Shown piece by piece: positions 12,045-22,460 of a stretch of 32,000 bases of DNA. The notes under the pieces were generated by a model that had not been told where the DNA came from, ran no database searches, and worked only from the letters and a program-made list of their open reading frames with translations. How positions within the stretch are numbered: position 1 is the stretch's first letter; every line of letters starts with the position of its first letter. The DNA comes from Candidatus Pelagibacter sp. HTCC7211 (lineage in GTDB: Bacteria; Pseudomonadota; Alphaproteobacteria; Pelagibacterales; Pelagibacteraceae), in the NCBI RefSeq assembly GCF_000155895.1, contig NZ_DS995298.1, positions 1,350,001 to 1,382,000 of the forward strand, given 5' to 3'. The position numbers were made by a program, and so were the translations under genes.

Positions 12045-12976
12045 TTTTTTAACCTTGGGTTTAAAGTATCCCTCATCCAATCTCCTAAAAGATTAATTGA
12101 AAATGCTAAGATAACTAAAAAGATTGCTGGGAAAAAAGTAATCCACCATTCTCCGGAGAATAAGAAATCGTTACCTAGTCTAATTAATGTTCCTAAAGAT
12201 GGCGTAGTAGGTGGAACACCAACGCCTAAAAAGCTTAATGTTGACTCAGCTATGATTGCTAAAGCAAGACCAATAGTTCCTATGACTAATACTGGTCTTA
12301 AAATATTTGGCAGGATATGTTTGAACATAATAATTAAGTTTGAAACACCAATTATTGTTGAGGCTGAAACATAATCTTTATTTTTTTCAACTAAGGTTGC
12401 TGCTCTAGATACTCTTGCAAATTGAGGCCACTCTGAAATTCCTATTGCAAATATTAAAACATAAATCGCCATTTCATCATGCATTTCTCTTGAAATTAAT
12501 CCTCTTGCAATTCCATCAACTAAAAGTGCCATTAGTATACTTGGCACTGTAAGTTGAACATCTGTTAATCTCATTACAATCATTTCGTATTTGCCACCAA
12601 AATATCCAGCTGTTAATCCTAATCCAACTCCAAGTATCAAACTAAAGATGATTGCAGAGAAACCAACAATCAATGAAATTCTAGAACCATAAAGAATTGT
12701 TGAAAGCATATCCCTACCTTGACCATCAGTTCCTAAAATAAATTTAGCTAGACCATCCTCTGTCCATGATGGTGGTGTAAAAGCTTCCATTAACGATAAT
12801 GATGAAGGATCAAATGGATTGTATGGAGTGATCAATTCTACAAAAAAAGAACAAAAGAAAATTATAAATAAAATAACTGATGACACAATTGCAGTCGGAG
12901 ACTTCATAAAACTATGATAGATATCGCTATCTTTAACTCTTTCCCAAGTACTAATATTATTATCCACTTGAGACAT
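12041..12976 (-). CDS. ABC transporter permease, DppC/OppC/YejE-like
   Basis: 311-aa polytopic ORF of the BPD_transp_1 type with an OppC-like N-terminal region. It overlaps the upstream permease gene by 17 nt. Confidence 0.9.
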   Translation of the reverse strand: MSQVDNNISTWERVKDSDIYHSFMKSPTAIVSSVILFIIFFCSFFVELITPYNPFDPSSLSLMEAFTPPSWTEDGLAKFILGTDGQGRDMLSTILYGSRISLIVGFSAIIFSLILGVGLGLTAGYFGGKYEMIVMRLTDVQLTVPSILMALLVDGIARGLISREMHDEMAIYVLIFAIGISEWPQFARVSRAATLVEKNKDYVSASTIIGVSNLIIMFKHILPNILRPVLVIGTIGLALAIIAESTLSFLGVGVPPTTPSLGTLIRLGNDFLFSGEWWITFFPAIFLVILAFSINLLGDWMRDTLNPRLKK

Positions 12977-13943
12977 CTCCTTTGACCCTAATTCTTGGAT
13001 CTATAAAATAATAAAGAATATCAACAATAAAATTTATCATCACAAAGACAAAAGCTATAAAAACTAAATAAGCTGACATAATCGGTATATCAACAAACTG
13101 AACTGCTTGAATAAATAAAAATCCCATACCCGGCCACTGAAAGACTGTTTCAGTAATTATTGAAAATGCAATTAAAGTTCCAATATTAATTCCTGCAATA
13201 GTGATAACTGGAATTAACCCATTCTTTAATGCATGTTTATATTTGATACTATTTTCATTAATCCCACGTGCTCGTGCAAATTTAATATAATCTGTTTCTA
13301 AAATTTCCATCATTTCTGCTCTCACAAGTCTGATGATATAAGTCATTTGAAAAAGACTAAGTGTTACTGATGGAAGTATAATTGCTTTTAGTCCAGAGAT
13401 TGTTAAAAAACCTGTGGTCCAAAATCCAAGATCAACTACCTCTCCTCTTCCAAATGATGGTAAAATTCCCAAGATAACGGCAAATAAATAGATAAATAAT
13501 ATGCCAATAACAAAAGTTGGAAGAGACACTCCGAGAAGGGATACTGCTAAGATAATGTCACTTATAAAGCTTTTTCTATTTATCCCTGTATATACACCAA
13601 GTAAAGTTCCGCTAATTAGAGCAATTAAAGCTGATATTACAACTAGCTCGATTGTTGCTGGCAAACGTTCAGTTATTAATTCAGAAACAGGTCTTCTTAA
13701 CTGATAAGAAATGCCAAATTCTCCCTTAGAGGCATTAACTACAAATCTTGAAAACTGAATATGTATTGGATCCATTAATCCTAATGTTTCTCTTAATTCA
13801 GCTCTTTCCTCATCTGAGGTTTCTTCTCCAACCATATTATTTATTGGATCTCCTACAAAATTAAACAGAGAGAAAGATACAAAGGCAACAACTAACATTA
13901 CCAAAGCAGACTGAAACAATCGTTTAAAGAAATATTTTATCAA
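12960..13943 (-). CDS. ABC transporter permease, DppB/OppB/YejB-like (TTG start)
   Basis: 327-aa polytopic ORF. The N-terminus MIKYFFKRLFQSALVMLVV matches the DppB-type start. The only start codon in the open frame upstream of the conserved N-terminus is TTG at 13943, and an in-frame stop lies at 13956-13958. Confidence 0.88.
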   Translation of the reverse strand: MIKYFFKRLFQSALVMLVVAFVSFSLFNFVGDPINNMVGEETSDEERAELRETLGLMDPIHIQFSRFVVNASKGEFGISYQLRRPVSELITERLPATIELVVISALIALISGTLLGVYTGINRKSFISDIILAVSLLGVSLPTFVIGILFIYLFAVILGILPSFGRGEVVDLGFWTTGFLTISGLKAIILPSVTLSLFQMTYIIRLVRAEMMEILETDYIKFARARGINENSIKYKHALKNGLIPVITIAGINIGTLIAFSIITETVFQWPGMGFLFIQAVQFVDIPIMSAYLVFIAFVFVMINFIVDILYYFIDPRIRVKGDVSSG

Positions 13944-13967
13944 TTTAAGAAAGTGTTATTATTTTGA

Positions 13968-13999
13968 TACTAGCCCTTTATAAATATAAAGGGCTAGTA
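13968..13999 (-). promoter_or_regulatory. Intercistronic perfect stem-loop (15-bp arms, 2-nt centre) between the binding-protein gene and the permease genes
   Basis: TACTAGCCCTTTATA (13968-13982) and TATAAAGGGCTAGTA (13985-13999) are exact reverse complements. There is no U/T tract on either side, so this is not a canonical intrinsic terminator. Confidence 0.6.
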
Positions 14000-14008
14000 A
14001 AATATTAT

Positions 14009-15571
14009 TTAGTTAAAGCTAGCAGCTTTAAATAACGGTTCGTTATTTGGTCTGATAGGTACATTAACATTATTTTTTGCAGCCCATGAAATTACCTGGT
14101 GGTGAAGAGGAAGATAAGAAATATCATCTTTCACAATTTTCCAAGCATTTGCTATTGCAGCATTCCTTTTATCTAAATCAACTTCACCTTCCATAACTCT
14201 TATAGCAGCGTCTACTTCAGAGTTACTAAAGTTAACTTTGTTCCAGCTAGCACCAGATTCATATAAATAATGGAAAACATAGTGACTATCTAGAGTAGGA
14301 ACACCCCAACCAAGCATATAGAAATCACCTTGATTATCTTTTAGCTCTTTAAAGTGTTTGCTTTTTGTTTGTGCAAATAGATTTACGTTAACACCGATTT
14401 TACCCAACATACCAACAACAGCTGTACAAATTGCTTCATCGTTTACATATCTGTCATTTGGACATCTAAGCTCAACATCAAAACCATTAGGATAACCTGC
14501 ATCAGCTAATAATTGTTTTGCTGCATTCACATCATAAGGTAATCTTTTATCAAGATCTTTAGTGTAACCATTTACACCAGGGAAAGTTATAATTCCTGCT
14601 GGTTCACTCAAACCTCTCATAACTTTTTTCTTAATAGCTTCAATATCAATTGCTTGATATAGCGCTTGTCTTACCTCTTTTTTTTTAAACGGATTGTCAC
14701 CTGTGTTTCCAGTTCTTAACTGATCAGCTGCTTGATCCATTCCTAAGAAAATTGTACGCATTTGAGCTGTACTTTCAACTTTGTGTGAAGAAGAAGATCC
14801 AATTCGAGCTAAATCCTGAACTGGAGCATCTGTTACTAAATCAATTTCACCAGATAATAATGCTGCAACCCTAGTTGCTGCATTTTTAATAGGTAACAAT
14901 TGAATTTGAGTTACTTTTTTATCTTTCATCTCACCCCACCAGTGTTTATTTCTTTTAAACACTGTTTTAGTATTAGGTTCTCTTAAAGTAATTTTAAAAG
15001 GTCCTGTTCCTAGAGCATTCGTTGCTGAAAACGTTTCTTGTCCAGCATCCCAATTTTGTGGAGACATTGCAAAATTCTTTTCAGACCATGCTTTCGACAT
15101 TATAAAAATGTTAGATAATTGGTTTAAAAGAATTGGATTTGGCTTACTTGTAGTAATTTTAACTGAATAATCACCAACAGCTTCAACTCCTGAAATTGTG
15201 CTTATATATTCTTTAAAATCAGATGTTCTTTGTTTTGCCCTTAAAACACTAAATACAACATCAGCTGATGTCATTTTAGAACCATCAGAAAACTTAACAT
15301 CTTCTCTTAATGTAAAGATCCAAGTATTTGGATCGGTCGTTTTCCAACTTGTTGCTAGCGCGGGACCAATTTTCATATCTACCGCTCTTTCAACTAAAGC
15401 TTCGTATACTTGTCTAGATACTTGAGTTGTCGGACCTTCATTTTGTGCGTGTGGATCTAGTGTAAGACTGTCTCCTTGCATTGACCATTTAATAGTTTTG
15501 GCCATTGCTGAAGAAAATCCAAATACTAGGACTACAGATAATAGAACTCTTATTAAACTTTTAATGTTCAT
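14009..15571 (-). CDS. Periplasmic substrate-binding protein, ABC family 5 (peptide/opine/nickel type)
   Basis: 520-aa ORF with a signal peptide (MNIKSLIRVLLSVVLVFGFSSAMA) and SBP_bac_5-like sequence (LDPH..., ATSW...FTLREDVKFSDG). A strong SD-like AGAGGGG lies 4 nt upstream of the ATG. Confidence 0.9.
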   Translation of the reverse strand: MNIKSLIRVLLSVVLVFGFSSAMAKTIKWSMQGDSLTLDPHAQNEGPTTQVSRQVYEALVERAVDMKIGPALATSWKTTDPNTWIFTLREDVKFSDGSKMTSADVVFSVLRAKQRTSDFKEYISTISGVEAVGDYSVKITTSKPNPILLNQLSNIFIMSKAWSEKNFAMSPQNWDAGQETFSATNALGTGPFKITLREPNTKTVFKRNKHWWGEMKDKKVTQIQLLPIKNAATRVAALLSGEIDLVTDAPVQDLARIGSSSSHKVESTAQMRTIFLGMDQAADQLRTGNTGDNPFKKKEVRQALYQAIDIEAIKKKVMRGLSEPAGIITFPGVNGYTKDLDKRLPYDVNAAKQLLADAGYPNGFDVELRCPNDRYVNDEAICTAVVGMLGKIGVNVNLFAQTKSKHFKELKDNQGDFYMLGWGVPTLDSHYVFHYLYESGASWNKVNFSNSEVDAAIRVMEGEVDLDKRNAAIANAWKIVKDDISYLPLHHQVISWAAKNNVNVPIRPNNEPLFKAASFN

Positions 15572-15652
15572 TATTCCCCTCTTTTTTAAATTTATTTAAA
15601 AAAGTATAAGTGAAATAACTAAATTATTATAGATAAATTTTTCAATAAAAAA

Positions 15653-16693
<1,041 letters not shown>

Positions 16694-17242
16694 TTAATTA
16701 AATATTTGAGCACCTCTAGTCATAGCTACAGCCCCAGTTCTCGAAGTACTTATAAGTCCTAAAGGCTTCAATTTTTTGTTCATAATATCGATCTCTCTTC
16801 TAAGGGCAGTAATCTGAATTACTGCTGATGATTTTGTTTCATCTAATATTACGGGATTATATTTTTTACAAGCATTTAAACATTTTTCAATTTTGCTTTT
16901 TTTACCAACAACTTTAAATAACGCCATTTCCTTAAATATTACATTTTTATCTTCTCTTTTAAACTCAGCAACCTTATGAACAGGAACTAGTTTTGTTAAT
17001 TGTAATCTAATTTGCTCTATTACTTGTGGGGTTCCAGTGGTTACAATCGTTATTCTTGAAATGTTTTTAATTGCATCAATTTCAGCTACAGCCAATGACT
17101 CAATATTGTATCCTCTTCCTGAAAATAAGCCAACAACTCTTGCTAAAACACCAGCCTCATTATCTACCCAAACAACAAATATATATGTATCTGATTTTTG
17201 TTTTTTTGTAGGAACACTATAAGCTGATTTTGATTTAGGCAT
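16694..17242 (-). CDS. ilvH: Acetolactate synthase small (regulatory) subunit
   Basis: 182-aa ORF with an ACT domain (VDNEAGVLARVVGLFSGRGYNIESL) plus an ALS small-subunit C-terminal domain. It lies 4 nt downstream of the large-subunit gene. Confidence 0.9.
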   Translation of the reverse strand: MPKSKSAYSVPTKKQKSDTYIFVVWVDNEAGVLARVVGLFSGRGYNIESLAVAEIDAIKNISRITIVTTGTPQVIEQIRLQLTKLVPVHKVAEFKREDKNVIFKEMALFKVVGKKSKIEKCLNACKKYNPVILDETKSSAVIQITALRREIDIMNKKLKPLGLISTSRTGAVAMTRGAQIFN

Positions 17243-17246
17243 TTTA

Positions 17247-19013
17247 TTAAACTAAGGCTTTGCCTTTTCCTTTGATTTTGTTTTCTTCTTGATCATTAGG
17301 ACCTAAGATCATTTGATTATGTGGTTTACCTGATGGGATCATTGGGAAACAATTCTCATTTGGATCAACATGACAATCAAAAATTACTGGACCATCATAA
17401 TCAATCATTTCCTGAATTTTTTCATCTAGATCTAAAGGATTAACTGCTTTAATACCTTTGCATCCATAAGCTTCTGCCATTTTCATAAAATCTGGCAAAG
17501 CCTCTGAATAACTCTCTGAATAATTTTTTTCATGTAAAAGCTCCTGCCACTGTCTTACCATTCCCATATACTGATTATTTAGAATAAAAATCTTTATGGG
17601 TAAATTATACTGAATAGCGGTAGACATTTCTTGCATAGTCATCAAAACTGATGCCTCTCCAGCAATATCAACTACTAATTTTTCTGGATGAGCGATTTGA
17701 ACACCAACAGCAGCTGGCAATCCGTATCCCATTGTGCCTAAACCTCCAGATGTCATCCATCTATTTGGTTTGTTAAACTTATAATGTTGAGCGGCCCACA
17801 TTTGATGTTGACCAACTTCTGTTGTCACATAAGTGTCTTTATTTTTAGTTAATTCATAAAGTCTTTGAACTGCATACTGTGGTTTAATAGTTTCATCACT
17901 ATTAATAAAATTAAGGGAGTCTTTTTTTCTCCATTTTTCTATCTGTTCCCACCATTTTGCAATATTTGATTTATTTGATTTACCATTTCCATTTTTACTT
18001 TTAACTATTGTTTTATTTATTCTATTTAAAACACTTGAAACATCTCCGACAATAGCAAGATCAACTTTAATAATTTTATTAATTGATGATGGGTCTATAT
18101 CAATATGAACTTTTTTAGATTTTGGTGAAAACTCATCAATTTTTCCTGTGATACGATCATCAAATCTTGCTCCAATGTTTATTAATAAATCACAATCATG
18201 CATAGCATTGTTTGCTTCGTAAGTACCGTGCATTCCAAGCATACCTAAAAATTGATTGTCATCACCGGGAAAAGCTCCAAGGCCTTGTAGAGTAGAAGTT
18301 ATTGGAAACCCAGTTAAACTAGCTAATTCTCTTAGGGCTTCACTTGCCTTTGGACCAGAGTTGATAACACCTCCACCAGAATATATTACTGGTTTCTTAG
18401 CTTTACTAAATAATTTTATTAATTCTTCGATATCGTTTTGAGAAAATTTATTTTGAATTTTACCATTTAATTTTTTTTCTATTTTTGGTTTTTTATATTT
18501 TGCTTTTGCAAACTGAATATCTTTTGGAATATCAATTAATACTGGTCCTGGTCTCCCAGTAGTAGCAACTTTAAATGCTTCATGCATAACATTGGATAAA
18601 TCGTTAATATCTTTAACTAACCAATTATGCTTAGTGCATGGTCGTGTTATTCCAGTGGTATCACATTCTTGAAATGCATCAGTTCCAATCAAATGAGTTG
18701 GTACCTGACCTGAAATACAAACTAGAGGAACTGAGTCCATGTATGCATCCGTAAGTGCTGTAACAACGTTTGTTGCACCTGGGCCTGATGTTACAAGAAC
18801 AACACCTGGTTTACCTGATGATCTTGCATAACCCTCTGCTGCATGGCCAGCACCTTGTTCATGTCTTACTAAAATATGTTTGATTGAAGAGTGATTTTTT
18901 AGTTCATCATATATAGGGAGCACTGCTCCACCAGGATAACCAAAAATATGTTCCACCTTTTGATCTTCAAGGCACTTAAAAACAATCTCTGCTCCTGTAT
19001 ATAATTTTGGCAT
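17247..19013 (-). CDS. ilvB: Acetolactate synthase large (catalytic) subunit, ThDP-dependent
   Basis: 588-aa ORF with IFGYPGGAVLPIYD, a ThDP-binding GLGTMGYGLPAA...NNQYMGMV region, and overall a typical AHAS. Confidence 0.95.
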   Translation of the reverse strand: MPKLYTGAEIVFKCLEDQKVEHIFGYPGGAVLPIYDELKNHSSIKHILVRHEQGAGHAAEGYARSSGKPGVVLVTSGPGATNVVTALTDAYMDSVPLVCISGQVPTHLIGTDAFQECDTTGITRPCTKHNWLVKDINDLSNVMHEAFKVATTGRPGPVLIDIPKDIQFAKAKYKKPKIEKKLNGKIQNKFSQNDIEELIKLFSKAKKPVIYSGGGVINSGPKASEALRELASLTGFPITSTLQGLGAFPGDDNQFLGMLGMHGTYEANNAMHDCDLLINIGARFDDRITGKIDEFSPKSKKVHIDIDPSSINKIIKVDLAIVGDVSSVLNRINKTIVKSKNGNGKSNKSNIAKWWEQIEKWRKKDSLNFINSDETIKPQYAVQRLYELTKNKDTYVTTEVGQHQMWAAQHYKFNKPNRWMTSGGLGTMGYGLPAAVGVQIAHPEKLVVDIAGEASVLMTMQEMSTAIQYNLPIKIFILNNQYMGMVRQWQELLHEKNYSESYSEALPDFMKMAEAYGCKGIKAVNPLDLDEKIQEMIDYDGPVIFDCHVDPNENCFPMIPSGKPHNQMILGPNDQEENKIKGKGKALV

Positions 19014-19061
19014 TACGCAATCTAGCTGAAGTTGTACTGATTGGTCAAGTTTTAGAATGAA

Positions 19062-19973
19062 TTATTTAATTTTTTTTAGAAACTTATTTAAGTCTTCTGG
19101 CATTAATTTTAACCAACTCTTCATGTTGCCTCTAGCCCAGGTACTTTGTCTTTTAGCGTATTGTCTAGTTTTTATTGATATTTTTTCACTTATGTCACTT
19201 AATTTTTTTTTGTTTCTTAAAAATTCTTTTATTTCACCTATGCCAATAGCTTTATTGACGCTCTTATCTTTTTTAACATTAAGTTTAATAAATCTTTTTA
19301 CTTCAGGTATTGCACCGCTTTTAAGCATTTCATCTGTTCTAGTAGCAATCCTCTTAATTAAATCTTGTCGAGGATAATCAATGTAAATTTTGTAAAATTC
19401 TTCATCCATGAAATCAGATTTAGTGCTTTCAAACCATTCATGAAGAGATTTTTTTGTAAATAACTTTACCTCGTAAGCTCTGATTGATCTGTGAGCGTCA
19501 GTTGGATTAATATTTTTTTTATAATTTGGGTCTAGCTTCAAAAGCTTCTGATAAAATTTCTTTTGACCTAAATCTTTATGTAATTTCCTTATTTTATTTC
19601 TAAATTGAATTGGAATATTTGGTATCTTAACCAAACCATCAGTTAACGATTTGAAATATAATCCTGTTCCACCAACTAAAATGGGTACTTTTTTTCTTTT
19701 TTTAATATCTTTTATTTGTTTTATAGAAAGTTTTAACCAATCACCTGTTGAAAAATTTTTTTTCACATCATGAAAGCCATAAAGATGATGTTTTATTTTT
19801 TGATAGTTTTTTGGATTTGGTCTTGCGGATAAAACTTTAAGTTGTTTATAAACTTGCATGCTATCCGCATTTATAATTTCACCTTGAATTTTTTTTGCAA
19901 GTTTTATAGCAAAATGGGATTTACCTGAAGCTGTTGGTCCTGAAATTAAAATAATCTTGGATTTAAAATCCAT
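19062..19973 (-). CDS. miaA: tRNA dimethylallyltransferase
   Basis: 303-aa ORF with the P-loop ISGPTASGKS, then IINADSMQVYK and LVGGTGLY. Confidence 0.92.
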   Translation of the reverse strand: MDFKSKIILISGPTASGKSHFAIKLAKKIQGEIINADSMQVYKQLKVLSARPNPKNYQKIKHHLYGFHDVKKNFSTGDWLKLSIKQIKDIKKRKKVPILVGGTGLYFKSLTDGLVKIPNIPIQFRNKIRKLHKDLGQKKFYQKLLKLDPNYKKNINPTDAHRSIRAYEVKLFTKKSLHEWFESTKSDFMDEEFYKIYIDYPRQDLIKRIATRTDEMLKSGAIPEVKRFIKLNVKKDKSVNKAIGIGEIKEFLRNKKKLSDISEKISIKTRQYAKRQSTWARGNMKSWLKLMPEDLNKFLKKIK

Positions 19974-19975
19974 TA

Positions 19976-21394
19976 TTATTTCAGTTTAACTCCAAGATAT
20001 CTTCTTTGATTTTGGTTATTATATGTTGCTAATAAAATTGTATTTTGATTTGAGTTTATAACTTGTTGTACAACTTTCTTCAAATCATCAATTGATCTAA
20101 TCTTTTTCTTTTGAGCTTCAGTAATGATGTGATTAACTGCTAAGGTAGTATTTTTTAAAGGACTATCATTCTCAATTTTTGTTACTACTAATCCTTTAAT
20201 TTGATTGGGTAGTTTTCGAGTTTTAATGTCTTCACTAGTTAATAACCTAACTGTTATTTTTAGATTATCTATTTCTGAAGTTTGTTTTTCAACTGGTTCT
20301 TTTTTCTTATCACTAACCTTAAAATCATCAGAAGTTTCTAATCTCCCTAACAAGACATTTTTTGTTAATTCTCTTTGGTTTCTCCAAATTTTAACTTTTA
20401 CATTTTTTCCAACTTTTGTTTTTGCAACAATTGCTGGTAATTCTTTCATTTGATTTATTTTTACACCGTTAAATTCTAAAATTATATCTCCTGCTTTAAT
20501 TCCTGCTTTTTCAGATGGACTATTTTCTGCAACACTTGCAACTAATGCTCCTCTTGGTTCATTTAATTTTTCAACCTCTGCTATTTCTGCTGTTACATCT
20601 TGAATTCTAACTCCAAGCCATCCTCTTTTTGTTTCTCCAAATTCTATTAATTGATCAATTACAATCTTTGCACTGTTTGCTGGTATTGAAAAACCTATTC
20701 CAATCGATCCATTTCTACCTAATATTGCTGTGTTAATTCCAATCACATCGCCATTCATGTCAAATAATGGACCACCTGAATTTCCAGAATTAATTGAAGC
20801 ATCTGTTTGGATGTAATCTTCATATCTTGATAATCCTATTGATCTATTTCTTGCTGAAATAATTCCTGAAGTAACCGTTCCACCTAATCCAAATGGATTT
20901 CCAATAGCAATAACCCAATCGCCTATTCTTGCTTTATCTGAGTCCCCAAATGCAACGGGTGTAAATTTATCTTTTGTTTCTAATTGTAGAACTGCAATAT
21001 CTGATAATGGATCAGCACCCACAACTTTTGCTTTATATTCTTCGTCACCGTTTACTCTAACAATTATATCCTCAGCATCTTGAATTACGTGATTATTTGT
21101 TACAACTATTCCCTTTGCATCAATTATAAAGCCTGAACCAAGTGCTGATGATTTTCTCTCTTGAGGAGTTCCAAATTCTTTAAACATATCTTCAAAAGGA
21201 GAGCCTGGAGGGAATTGAAATGGAAATGGATTTGTACTCGTTACAACAGTTTGTGTAGTTGAAATATTTACAACTGATGGCATCAATCTTTCAGCAAGAT
21301 CAGCAAAGGACGCTGGTACCGATTTTGAATTTGATAATGTTGAAACACTAAAAGTAAAAAATATTGTTAAAAGTAAAAATTTAAATTTTTTCAT
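19976..21394 (-). CDS. degP: Periplasmic serine endoprotease DegP/HtrA family (trypsin-like domain plus two PDZ domains)
   Basis: 472-aa ORF with a signal peptide, the catalytic contexts TNNHV, DIAVL and GNSGGPL, and two PDZ-like regions. Confidence 0.9.
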   Translation of the reverse strand: MKKFKFLLLTIFFTFSVSTLSNSKSVPASFADLAERLMPSVVNISTTQTVVTSTNPFPFQFPPGSPFEDMFKEFGTPQERKSSALGSGFIIDAKGIVVTNNHVIQDAEDIIVRVNGDEEYKAKVVGADPLSDIAVLQLETKDKFTPVAFGDSDKARIGDWVIAIGNPFGLGGTVTSGIISARNRSIGLSRYEDYIQTDASINSGNSGGPLFDMNGDVIGINTAILGRNGSIGIGFSIPANSAKIVIDQLIEFGETKRGWLGVRIQDVTAEIAEVEKLNEPRGALVASVAENSPSEKAGIKAGDIILEFNGVKINQMKELPAIVAKTKVGKNVKVKIWRNQRELTKNVLLGRLETSDDFKVSDKKKEPVEKQTSEIDNLKITVRLLTSEDIKTRKLPNQIKGLVVTKIENDSPLKNTTLAVNHIITEAQKKKIRSIDDLKKVVQQVINSNQNTILLATYNNQNQRRYLGVKLK

Positions 21395-21395
21395 A

Positions 21396-21581
21396 CTAAT
21401 TTTTAATATAATAAATAATTATAAATCCTATTATTGCAAATACCAGTCCACCAGATCTTAATTGACTATCACTTACAAGTTCCAATTTTTTTAACATACT
21501 TTTCATTTTTGATGGAAATATGGCATACAGAATTCCTTCAATAAAAAGAAATAGACCAAATGCTATGATCAATTCCTTCAT
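21396..21581 (-). CDS. Small membrane protein, DUF2065 (YjeT-like)
   Basis: 61-aa ORF with two TM segments. Its pattern (LFLFIEGILYAIFP...LRSGGLVFAIIGFIIIYY) resembles E. coli YjeT as I recall it, and it has the same position immediately after hflC. Confidence 0.7.
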   Translation of the reverse strand: MKELIIAFGLFLFIEGILYAIFPSKMKSMLKKLELVSDSQLRSGGLVFAIIGFIIIYYIKN

Positions 21582-21590
21582 AAAAGTAAG

Positions 21591-22460
21591 TTATTCTGAT
21601 TTAGGTTTTATATTTCCAAAAAACTTAAAAAATTCACTATCAGGAGACAAAATTAAAGATGTCTCTCCACCAATTAAAGCTGTTTCATACGCTTGCATCG
21701 CTCTATAAAATGCAAAAAACTCCGCGTCTCTTCCAAAGGCGTCAGCAAATATTTTATTTCTTTCACCATCACCTTCCCCTTTCATAATCTCAGATTTCTT
21801 TTGCGCATCTGCTAAAATCACTGTTACTTCTTTATCAGCAGTCGATGTGATAGTTACAGCCATCTCTGCTCCTCTTGCTCTAAATTCTTTAGCTTCTCTC
21901 TCCCTTTCAGTCTGCATTCGTCTATAAATTGCATCACTGTTTGCTTGTGGAAGGTCTGCTCTTTTAATTCTTACATCAACAATTTCAATTCCAAAGTTTT
22001 TAGCTTCAGTATTTACACCTTCTTGGATCAGAGTCATTTGTTTAGTTCTATCTTTCGATAGAAGCGTTTGTAGCTCTTGTTGACCAAGAACATTTCTAAT
22101 TCTTGAGTTTATAATTGTTGATAATCTTGATCTTGCAACTCTTTCATTTCCAACCGAAATATAAAATTTTAATGGATCTACAATTTTAAATCTTGCAAAT
22201 GCATCAACAATTAATCTTTTTTGATCTGATGCAATTACCTCTTCAGGTGGTGTATCTAAATTTAAAATTCTTTTATCTAAATAAACTACGTTTTGAATAA
22301 ACGGGATTTTAAAATTTAGACCGGGTTCTACTATAATTCTTTTAGGGTCACCAAACTGAAGAACAATTGCTTGGTTAACTTCTTTAATTATAAAAACTGA
22401 AAAGAAAACTAAGGCTCCTAAGACAGCAATTATTGGTAATAATATTTTTTGTGCTTTCAT
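21591..22460 (-). CDS. hflC: FtsH protease modulator HflC (SPFH/band-7 family)
   Basis: 289-aa ORF with an N-terminal TM segment and an SPFH domain. It directly abuts hflK (TAA|ATG). Confidence 0.9.
   Translation of the reverse strand: MKAQKILLPIIAVLGALVFFSVFIIKEVNQAIVLQFGDPKRIIVEPGLNFKIPFIQNVVYLDKRILNLDTPPEEVIASDQKRLIVDAFARFKIVDPLKFYISVGNERVARSRLSTIINSRIRNVLGQQELQTLLSKDRTKQMTLIQEGVNTEAKNFGIEIVDVRIKRADLPQANSDAIYRRMQTEREREAKEFRARGAEMAVTITSTADKEVTVILADAQKKSEIMKGEGDGERNKIFADAFGRDAEFFAFYRAMQAYETALIGGETSLILSPDSEFFKFFGNIKPKSE

Noticed and set aside
12045-12080. 12 extra N-terminal codons of the ABC ATPase ORF (MDEGYFKPKVKK), and likewise 31281-31304 for glyQ
   Set aside because: Both extensions lie inside the preceding gene. 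The downstream ATGs give N-termini that match the conserved family starts and form canonical overlap junctions.
15582-15603. 10-bp inverted repeat TTTTTTAAAT-TT-ATTTAAAAAA in the 5' region of the binding-protein gene
   Set aside because: It is composed only of A/T, so it forms a weak structure and is expected by chance in this composition. It is not called as an operator.
19019-19048. TTGACC-N18-TAGATT (minus strand) upstream of ilvB, which would imply an almost leaderless ilvB mRNA
   Set aside because: The -10 match is weak, and the spacing to the ATG is inferred only. No attenuator or leader peptide fits in the 48-bp gap. This is too speculative to list as a feature.
19057-19377. 106-aa plus-strand ORF overlapping miaA
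   Set aside because: It is a hydrophobic, low-complexity shadow ORF antisense to a well-supported miaA. It has no recognisable motifs.
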